Positions 34,896 to 40,682 of a stretch of DNA of 40,682 nt are shown piece by piece. A program made the position numbers and the translations under genes. Location of the stretch: the IMG/VR virus record IMGVR_UViG_3300030376_003034, positions 1 to 40,682 of that record; one strand, given 5' to 3'. The number at the start of each line of letters is the position of its first letter. The first letter of the stretch is position 1. The notes under the pieces were generated by a model. It ran no database searches and was not told where the DNA came from. It was given only the letters and a program-made list of their open reading frames with translations. Source of the DNA: a virus. Its lineage: Duplodnaviria; Caudoviricetes.

Positions 34896-35271
34896 AACAG
34901 ACGCTCCCTTCTCTTCCATTGTAAGGGAACTTAAAGCCAAGGCTGCGGTACCATGCCTTGAGCTGGCTCTGGGTCAGGCCATCGTTACCCTGACGCTCCG
35001 CAGAGATGTGTACAGTCATGCCATGGGCCCTAGCTATAGACAGGAACCACTTAACACAGGCGGTGCCGTTACCGTACCCCTTCCTGAGTGACTGTATGTA
35101 GCCAAGTGTTATGACACCATCATTGAAGTCATCAGTCATCTCTATGACGCACTCGTAGTCAGGTATGTATTGCAGGAAGTGATTGAATGGATGAGGCTCG
35201 CTGCTTCTCAATATTGTATCAACGAATGCCTTTGTACGTGGGTGACGCTCTAACCTTGTTTCGTTAAGCAT
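34885..35271 (-). CDS. GNAT-family acetyltransferase (early gene)
   Basis: Motif A-like 'RKGYGNG' after a beta strand, and C-terminal 'L.AWYRSLGF'. Confidence 0.7.
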   Translation of the reverse strand: MLNETRLERHPRTKAFVDTILRSSEPHPFNHFLQYIPDYECVIEMTDDFNDGVITLGYIQSLRKGYGNGTACVKWFLSIARAHGMTVHISAERQGNDGLTQSQLKAWYRSLGFKFPYNGREGSVCYAA

Positions 35272-35608
35272 ATCTCTCTCCTGATATTGCCATAGTTGCG
35301 TTGGCTAAATTGTGTGGTGATTGCTCAGTGTCGGACCAGCTCTGACCTACCTTGCGAGTACGCCAAGGGTATCCCCTGTCACATTCAACCTGATGAGCAA
35401 TCCATACTGAATCAGCAACTCTACGGGCTGCTGCTGACGGTGCATTGCCCTTCAACAGCTTTCTGTATGTATTAAGCAGGTTGACTGTATCCCACTCCTG
35501 TGGGCCCTCTCTGAGGGCTTCCTGTACCTTCAGTGGCAGCAGATCATATGCTTCCATCTGAGTGTAGCGAGGCTTGTATCTGATAGCACGTTGGCGTGAG
35601 TTACTCAT
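35264..35608 (-). CDS. Early hypothetical protein, DUF6525-like
   Basis: 'MEAYD.LP..VQEAL.....W' pattern; TAATG-coupled to the upstream gene. Confidence 0.5.
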   Translation of the reverse strand: MSNSRQRAIRYKPRYTQMEAYDLLPLKVQEALREGPQEWDTVNLLNTYRKLLKGNAPSAAARRVADSVWIAHQVECDRGYPWRTRKVGQSWSDTEQSPHNLANATMAISGERYA

Positions 35609-35931
35609 TACACTAACTCCCTTCCGACTGAATCAAACTTCCTTGGCTGGTGCCATTCGGCTCTCATGTAGCCATCATAGTCGTAGACTACTTCTTCCAT
35701 CTGCCGCGCCTTTGTTAAGCACGGTGTAATCATGGCTCGCTGCTTGTCATAACCACTGCCATCACAGTCGCTGCCGGTTAGACGGAATACTATGACCCCG
35801 TCCACTGTGTTAGACTTCAGCTTCTTCTCAAGTGCTACAGAGCTGTTGATCTGGTAGTGCACCCATGACACTCGTTTGGTGGACCTGCCTCTGAGGGCGT
35901 TCTTTAGAAACTTGCGTTGCTTCTGATTCAT
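35608..35931 (-). CDS. Early hypothetical protein (107 aa)
   Basis: TAATG coupling at both ends; 'DCDG' motif. Confidence 0.7.
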   Translation of the reverse strand: MNQKQRKFLKNALRGRSTKRVSWVHYQINSSVALEKKLKSNTVDGVIVFRLTGSDCDGSGYDKQRAMITPCLTKARQMEEVVYDYDGYMRAEWHQPRKFDSVGRELV

Positions 35932-36161
35932 TATGCAATCTCCATCTCTAACAATGTGTCTTTTATGAATGACTTAATCATGACCAGCTTTGACCATGAG
36001 TACATATAACGATGAGTGTCTTGACTATAGACACTTGTACTGTGCGTGATTGGGTCAAACTCCACCAAGTACGGCCTGTCATCGACAGCGATGATGAACG
36101 TATTGATAGAACGGTCCTTAAATTGCTTAGGGGTGTGGTTTGCTAGTAATTCCATTTTCAT
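35931..36161 (-). CDS. Early hypothetical protein (76 aa)
   Basis: AAGGAG RBS before ATG 36161. Confidence 0.65.
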   Translation of the reverse strand: MKMELLANHTPKQFKDRSINTFIIAVDDRPYLVEFDPITHSTSVYSQDTHRYMYSWSKLVMIKSFIKDTLLEMEIA

Positions 36162-36172
36162 AAGTGCTCTCC

Positions 36173-36403
36173 TTATTGAACCTGATGTTTCATTGAGATA
36201 CCGTCCCACTGTGAACGAGTGATACGGAACTTGATGAGTTGGACTGGGCAGCAGAGGCTCACATACTTGCGGCCTCTCTTAACCATCATGTGACGCTGAC
36301 CGCAGAGGGGAGCTGTAGGGAAGTAGAGTGATACGTCCCACAACTGTGCAGTACGCCATGATTTCCATGGCAGCTTCTTATAACCTTTCCACTTTCTAGG
36401 CAT
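36173..36403 (-). CDS. Early basic hypothetical protein (76 aa)
   Basis: TAATG-coupled; GAGGAG RBS. Confidence 0.7.
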   Translation of the reverse strand: MPRKWKGYKKLPWKSWRTAQLWDVSLYFPTAPLCGQRHMMVKRGRKYVSLCCPVQLIKFRITRSQWDGISMKHQVQ

Positions 36404-37110
36404 TAGACTAACTCCTCAACTGGTGTCAGGGGCTGGTTAGGCTTGTGTGCAGCAATGCGAGCCTCTGTGCGTTCAATGTATGTTTGCGCTATCTCTGCAT
36501 CGTCAAAGCACTTGTGTGCCAATGCCTGAGCTTTTTGCACTTCCATCTTAGCCACGAGTTCTTCCAGACGGTCAGTGTGTGTCTCGTATGGCATTGAGTT
36601 GGAACCGAAGCACTGGTTGTTATGAAAGCCAAAGTCTTTGGTGTAACCGTGTGAGGCAATGCGGCCTGACTGCACGTCAACCTTGTGCTTACGTGCACAT
36701 ATCTGGCAGGTGCCAACGTGTGTGGCTGAACGCTCAGTCTTTGGAGCTGCTGCCTTAGGCTTGGCAGCTGGCTTGACTACAGGCATGGCATTCATGCGCT
36801 CACGCTCACGAAACAGGTAAGCCACACGGTGTGCATTCTCATTACCTAATCCAACACGCAGCGCAGCTAAGTGCTTCTCATAGCGGTAATGGCGCAGCTC
36901 CATAGGGAAAGCGAGCCAGATATTGATGCCAGCTTCTTCGAGAGCCTTGAGGTCACGCTTATCACGTAAGCACTCATAGGCACGTTGGATACGTGTGAGG
37001 CAGTCTTTCTTAGCTTGCTTGGTAGGGAAGCTCTCAGCTGCAGACAGTTCGTGTGCTACTGAAAGGTTGTATGCAAATGTGTTCTTTGCTGGGTCTGTAT
37101 AGTAAGTCAT
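36403..37110 (-). CDS. Early protein with CxxC-H-C putative zinc-binding module (235 aa)
   Basis: ATG 37110 overlaps the upstream stop (TAATG); 'GTCQIC...IASHGY...C.G...PYE'. Confidence 0.7.
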   Translation of the reverse strand: MTYYTDPAKNTFAYNLSVAHELSAAESFPTKQAKKDCLTRIQRAYECLRDKRDLKALEEAGINIWLAFPMELRHYRYEKHLAALRVGLGNENAHRVAYLFRERERMNAMPVVKPAAKPKAAAPKTERSATHVGTCQICARKHKVDVQSGRIASHGYTKDFGFHNNQCFGSNSMPYETHTDRLEELVAKMEVQKAQALAHKCFDDAEIAQTYIERTEARIAAHKPNQPLTPVEELV

Positions 37111-37397
37111 TATGCTGCTTCCTTTTCTGCTAAGAGACAAAGGACGTACAGCTGAGATGCCAGCTTCGTTGGGGACCACTTCTGTGACATGCCAAGCTCT
37201 AAAGCAGTGGTCAGGGACATACCCATGACAACGTCACTGAGATGGAAGTCATCGCGTGTGGGGAAAGCATCAGCCCACTTGGGCTCCACCTTTAGCCAAT
37301 GTTTGTAGAAGATATCTTCAGTCTTCTGAGCATATGCCTCGTAAGCATCGTCACGCTGCTGAAGTAGCTTTTGGATCTGGTCTTGATATGTAGTCAT
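37110..37397 (-). CDS. First early gene, hypothetical (95 aa)
   Basis: GGAG RBS before ATG 37397; follows the sigma70-type promoter and structured leader. Confidence 0.7.
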   Translation of the reverse strand: MTTYQDQIQKLLQQRDDAYEAYAQKTEDIFYKHWLKVEPKWADAFPTRDDFHLSDVVMGMSLTTALELGMSQKWSPTKLASQLYVLCLLAEKEAA

Positions 37398-37427
37398 TTG
37401 ACACTCCATGTTTCTCACTATGCGAAA

Positions 37428-37497
37428 CACTTGTGTCTAGTGAACCTTCGGTTCGAGACCCCCAACCTGCTGATTAGAAGTCAGCTAGTCACAAGTG
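37428..37497 (-). promoter_or_regulatory. Structured 5' leader: 13-bp closing stem enclosing an anticodon-like hairpin and a GAACC-GAA-GGTTC hairpin
   Basis: CACTTGTGACTAG / CTAGACACAAGTG (1 mismatch); inner GCTGA-CTTCTAA-TCAGC. Confidence 0.65.
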
Positions 37498-37505
37498 GTG
37501 GTATT

Positions 37506-37534
37506 GTTATACACTAGTCTCAATAGATAGTCAA
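37506..37534 (-). promoter_or_regulatory. Host sigma70-type early promoter TTGACT-N17-TATAAC
   Basis: 5/6 match at both -35 (37534-37529) and -10 (37511-37506), with 17-bp spacer. Confidence 0.75.
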
Positions 37535-37555
37535 ACAATTAGTGTCTGATTAGCT

Positions 37556-37571
37556 TAGGGTGGGACACCTT
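37556..37571 (-). promoter_or_regulatory. Phage RNAP promoter upstream of the early region
   Basis: Exact 16-mer AAGGTGTCCCACCCTA. Confidence 0.78.
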
Positions 37572-37577
37572 AGTTTG

Positions 37578-37610
37578 AAAAACACCGTCCACCATGGTGA
37601 GGCAGACGGT
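37578..37610 (-). terminator. Rho-independent terminator ending the late/lysis transcript
   Basis: ACCGTCTGCC-N7-GGTGGACGGT followed by GTTTTT; 8 nt after the stop at 37619. Confidence 0.7.
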
Positions 37611-37618
37611 ATCGTGTG

Positions 37619-37984
37619 CTATTTCTTAGGCTGGCGCATAGTTTCAGCCAATCCACCACCGAAGTAGAACCCTACAATCAGTAGCATTATCTCTCCGATC
37701 CAGAAGTCACCTAAGATGGCCTTTACGCCCTCTATATCGCCTTTGCCGGCAAGGGTCATGCCCAGCGTTATGGCAAAGCATATGAGGAACGTGAAGGTAA
37801 ACATCAGAGCAAGGTAGCGTTGGGCCAGCTTAAATGGGGCATAGGCGTTCATAAGGTCAATCTTAGCCTTACTCTTAGCTGCTATCTCTTCTTCACTACT
37901 GGTGTGCATTGAATCAATAAGGTCCATGCCTTTCTGTACAACATCGCCTGAGCCCAGTATTTTGCCAAGGATAGGTAAAATCAT
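37619..37984 (-). CDS. Holin-like membrane protein (3-TM / GTA-holin-like)
   Basis: 'LID..HTS.EE', two hydrophobic helices, 'IVGFYFGG'; adjacent to the endolysin. Confidence 0.65.
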   Translation of the reverse strand: MILPILGKILGSGDVVQKGMDLIDSMHTSSEEEIAAKSKAKIDLMNAYAPFKLAQRYLALMFTFTFLICFAITLGMTLAGKGDIEGVKAILGDFWIGEIMLLIVGFYFGGGLAETMRQPKK

Positions 37985-38394
37985 GAGTAGCTCCTGATTA
38001 TATCTGCGTTGCGCTGCGCCCTGTTTGGCACAGTAGTCGCGTAACGGCTGTTTAACAGCTCACCAGCTGCGTTCTCCATGTCACCTATACTCAGGTACTT
38101 TAGTGTTTTAGTGAACAGCATGAGCCGGCTTATACCCATGTTGAAACACAAGTCTATAAGCACTTCCTGTATGCCGGCAGGTGTTTCATCCCACCAGCTA
38201 ATGTTCTTCTCTAGCTCGTGAATACACAGGTCAATATCTTCATCCAGCATCTGCATCGCTGTGATATCTGATATGCCACGGTCCTCAATGTTCCTTCCCA
38301 CGCCCAGCGTTATCTTATTTGCGGTACAAGTGTAAGGGAATAGCCGCAGCCCCTCTTCTTCTATAAGTCTTTTGCGTACTGCTTCTCTGTTCAT
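37981..38394 (-). CDS. Endolysin, T4-lysozyme-like (GH24)
   Basis: E-x8-C-x5-T triad in 'EGLRLFPYTCTANKIT', 'LIDLCFNMG', 'NRA.R'. Confidence 0.88.
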   Translation of the reverse strand: MNREAVRKRLIEEEGLRLFPYTCTANKITLGVGRNIEDRGISDITAMQMLDEDIDLCIHELEKNISWWDETPAGIQEVLIDLCFNMGISRLMLFTKTLKYLSIGDMENAAGELLNSRYATTVPNRAQRNADIIRSYS

Positions 38395-38396
38395 TT

Positions 38397-38873
38397 CTAT
38401 CTCGCTATTACAAAGGCACCCACAAGCGCAGCAATCATGAGAGCTACTACAGCCACAGCTACAACGATTGTTTTTAGTGTCTCTTCAAACTCATGCTGTT
38501 TGCGTCTACGTTCCATAGCTGCTTTCTTTGCAGCCTCTTTAGCTTCTTGGATACGCTTGTTACGCTCTGCCAATATGCCGGCCCATGTCCCATGTCCAAA
38601 GCGCATGTCTATCATGGTTGCAACTTGCTGCAGCTTCTCTTGTGCCAGTTTATGGTCAATGATTTCCTGAGCTACTGAGGTAGTCGAGAACTGGCTTGCA
38701 CCAGCCTTTTTGTTTCTAGCTTTCTGCAGCTCCTGCTCACCTCGAAACAATAGGTCTATTTCTTGACCAACCTCAGCTACTGATTTGTATGCGTTAATGC
38801 CCTGCTTGATGTGATCAGTCACCTTAGTGACCAGCGCAATGCCGGTCAGGGCTGCTGTCACTGGGTCAACCAT
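38397..38873 (-). CDS. Membrane-anchored coiled-coil protein in the lysis cassette (158 aa)
   Basis: AGGAG RBS before ATG 38873; MVDPVTA..., C-terminal transmembrane helix. Confidence 0.7.
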   Translation of the reverse strand: MVDPVTAALTGIALVTKVTDHIKQGINAYKSVAEVGQEIDLLFRGEQELQKARNKKAGASQFSTTSVAQEIIDHKLAQEKLQQVATMIDMRFGHGTWAGILAERNKRIQEAKEAAKKAAMERRRKQHEFEETLKTIVVAVAVVALMIAALVGAFVIAR

Positions 38874-38883
38874 GTCGGAGCTC

Positions 38884-39027
38884 CTATCTTTTAGTACGCC
38901 AGAGTTTAACGAGTAGGTACACGATAGACAGTAGACCAACCACTAAAGCCACCCACTCGTTAAGAGCAGGTAGCCACAAAGGGGCAGAAACACCCCCTGT
39001 TGCTATGAGAATATCGTTTTGGTTCAT
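38884..39027 (-). CDS. Putative small holin (47 aa)
   Basis: Not in the ORF track; ATGA overlap; MNQNDILIATGGVSAPLWLPALNEWVALVVGLLSIVYLLVKLWRTKR*; 'LNEWV' plus TM helix plus basic tail recalls T7 gp17.5. Confidence 0.7.
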   Translation of the reverse strand: MNQNDILIATGGVSAPLWLPALNEWVALVVGLLSIVYLLVKLWRTKR

Positions 39028-40268
39028 CCCACATACACCTTTCTGTGGTCAATGATTCCAAAGTTGGTTCCGTTATTACTTGTTTCGAAGTCGATGAAGT
39101 GACGATGGCTTCTGCTAAAGTGACCTAGCTTTCCAGATATAGTTCCACTGAAAGTAGGTGTGTAACTTGTGCCAGTTTCTATCAGATACCCTTTTGATAC
39201 CCCTTCGTAGAAGGCTGGCATAATAACGTCATTAGGTATCCAAGTGGCGGCCCTTGTAAAATTACCTTCACCACCAAACGTGTGTGTGTATTTGGGCTTA
39301 TCATTTTCAAATAACACACCATCCAAACTATATGGGTTAGCTGATGTGTTCATACTCATGATTTGACCGGGGGTAGTTTGTTGCCAACCGAAAAGCTTGT
39401 TGCCGTTCTTACCCCACAACATACAACCCAATCCACTTCCAGTGAAATTGGCTGAACTGCCGACAGCTCTTTGATAGCTGTAAGCACTGGCACTGAATGA
39501 AGATGTAGTAAATTCGTTAATATCATCGCCAGTCTGACCACTTATAAGTATCCTAGTAGCATCAGGATTTGCGACTACATAAGCAGGTGTAGTTTCGTAA
39601 GCAGAAACACTAACAGTTTCTCTAGTGCTGTAAGAAGTAAAGTCATAGCCAGTGCTAAAAACTAAACTATGATATCTGTCAGTAGTAGAACATACAAAGT
39701 TAATTCTAGTGCCATCAGAATTTACAAGAAGTCCCCGTGGTGTATTAATCCCAAAACTTGTTTTATCAATGCCACCTCTAGCACCAGTCATAGCACCTAT
39801 TCTTATTACATCAGTTGAAGTATTAAAGGGTTTTGCGCTTGATAAGTCGTATGGTCGCTTAAGTTCAAGTTTGATTATATTATCCAACCCATACCAAATG
39901 CCTATAAACCCAAGACCGTTGTTATAGAAGTGCATCCCACTCAACTGAGCGTTCATACCATTTTGTGTATTATCAGCAACCCATGTATCTGTATCATGTA
40001 CACTTGCTTCACTACTGTCATAGCTAGGAATAAAGCTATATGTGAACTTCTTTCTGGCTGGAGCATTACTAAATGAAACAGTCGTGTCTGCTGTAAGTGT
40101 GCCAGCGTCAAAGAAGTTATCATCACCACTAAGGTCGAGTGATACAGCCCCTGCACTTGCCACTGTAGCTTTTTGGAACAATGTTTCACCGCTTGCGTTA
40201 TCAAGCGCACCTGCTGGAAGGTCAAAGTTACCAGATATTACATCAGCGAAATCTCTTGCTCTGGTCAT
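39024..40268 (-). CDS. Second tail fibre / receptor-binding protein (possible beta-propeller)
   Basis: 414 aa Ser/Thr/Gly-rich; 'MTRARDFAD' N-terminus; repeated 'N.DGTR/NPDATR/KNGNK' and 'PYDLS' elements; follows the chaperone gene. Confidence 0.55.
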   Translation of the reverse strand: MTRARDFADVISGNFDLPAGALDNASGETLFQKATVASAGAVSLDLSGDDNFFDAGTLTADTTVSFSNAPARKKFTYSFIPSYDSSEASVHDTDTWVADNTQNGMNAQLSGMHFYNNGLGFIGIWYGLDNIIKLELKRPYDLSSAKPFNTSTDVIRIGAMTGARGGIDKTSFGINTPRGLLVNSDGTRINFVCSTTDRYHSLVFSTGYDFTSYSTRETVSVSAYETTPAYVVANPDATRILISGQTGDDINEFTTSSFSASAYSYQRAVGSSANFTGSGLGCMLWGKNGNKLFGWQQTTPGQIMSMNTSANPYSLDGVLFENDKPKYTHTFGGEGNFTRAATWIPNDVIMPAFYEGVSKGYLIETGTSYTPTFSGTISGKLGHFSRSHRHFIDFETSNNGTNFGIIDHRKVYVG

Positions 40269-40573
40269 TGTGATACCTCCGGTTTATCAGGCCACACCAC
40301 AGTAGTTGGGTCATTGTATGTATTGGTTATGTCACGCAGCTGCTGTCGATAGGAAACATATGCGTTCTTGATTCCGTCAGGAACGTCTGCACATTGTGTC
40401 CAATCTGTTTCTGCAAGCTTCTTGTTACGCATTTCCCTTAGCTGCAACATCAATCTTGCTGCAACGGTTGGATTAGCGTTTTGCTCTTCTTCTGTAAATG
40501 CTATTTCAGCTGCAGTAAGCTCTACTTCTTGAGCAGCGGCAGAAACAGCAAAATCAACAACTAGTTTATTCAT
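40265..40573 (-). CDS. Tail fibre assembly chaperone
   Basis: 'RN..LAETDWTQ..DVP.....Y..YRQQLRDIT........WP.KP'. Confidence 0.85.
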   Translation of the reverse strand: MNKLVVDFAVSAAAQEVELTAAEIAFTEEEQNANPTVAARLMLQLREMRNKKLAETDWTQCADVPDGIKNAYVSYRQQLRDITNTYNDPTTVVWPDKPEVSQ

Positions 40574-40680
40574 GCGTTACGTACTCCATACAAATATGCT
40601 GTGCCTTGCGCTATATCACCATATCCAAAATAAAACTTTATACCTCTAATTGCATCACTGGCAGCCTGCTGATAAATATC
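40570..40680 (-). CDS. 3' end of the long tail fibre gene (continuation of 1..2549)
   Basis: ...AQGTAYLYGVRNA*; TGA at 40572-40570 overlaps the chaperone ATG. Confidence 0.85.
   Translation of the reverse strand, partial: DIYQQAASDAIRGIKFYFGYGDIAQGTAYLYGVRNA
40583..40680. repeat. Terminal direct repeat, copy 2
   Basis: Identical to 1-98. Confidence 0.95.
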
Positions 40681-40682
40681 GA

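Noticed and set aside
38978-39000. GGGGG...CCCC-TTTG as a terminator
   Set aside because: Weak stem located inside the 47-aa holin-like ORF
24-40305. The many plus-strand ORFs in the track (for example 24-356, 1213-1521, 7511-7912, 15013-15576, 27899-28312, 29237-29677)
   Set aside because: All lie antisense to well-supported minus-strand genes, show no recognisable motifs, and read like shadow frames
1-40682. Apparent excess of AGCT, CAGCTG and CTGCAG words
   Set aside because: Impression only; explainable by Ala (GCT/GCA) and Gln/Leu codon use; needs a Markov-model count

Overview
The window is almost certainly a complete, circularly assembled podovirus-type phage genome of about 40,582 bp: bases 1-98 recur exactly at 40583-40680. 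Every credible protein gene is on the minus strand; the only clear plus-strand gene is a tRNA-Arg(TCT). Read in transcription order from about 37500 downward, it carries: (1) an early cluster of small genes including a GNAT acetyltransferase; (2) a tyrosine integrase and a winged-HTH regulator, suggesting a temperate lifestyle; (3) a T7-like RNA polymerase, SSB, endonuclease I, primase/helicase, DNA polymerase A and exonuclease; (4) a DUF3310-like protein, a MazG-like protein and a class II ribonucleotide reductase; (5) a 550-bp repeat-rich non-coding control region; (6) a morphogenesis module that is not T7-like in gene order (tail/nozzle, three ejection proteins, terS-terL-portal-scaffold-capsid, adaptor, an 853-aa tail fibre crossing the window edge); (7) a lysis cassette. 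Four copies of a 16-bp phage RNAP promoter are visible. Gene content points to a marine alphaproteobacterial host, possibly Roseobacter group (inference). The most unusual elements are an 1857-aa putative ejected protein with HhH-GPD glycosylase-like and zincin (HExxH) motifs, twin anticodon-stem-loop-like palindromes in the two main leader regions, an antisense-oriented tRNA, an anti-Shine-Dalgarno-like loop after the capsid gene, and a cluster of tiny basic proteins. All family calls come from motif recognition by eye; no database searches were run.
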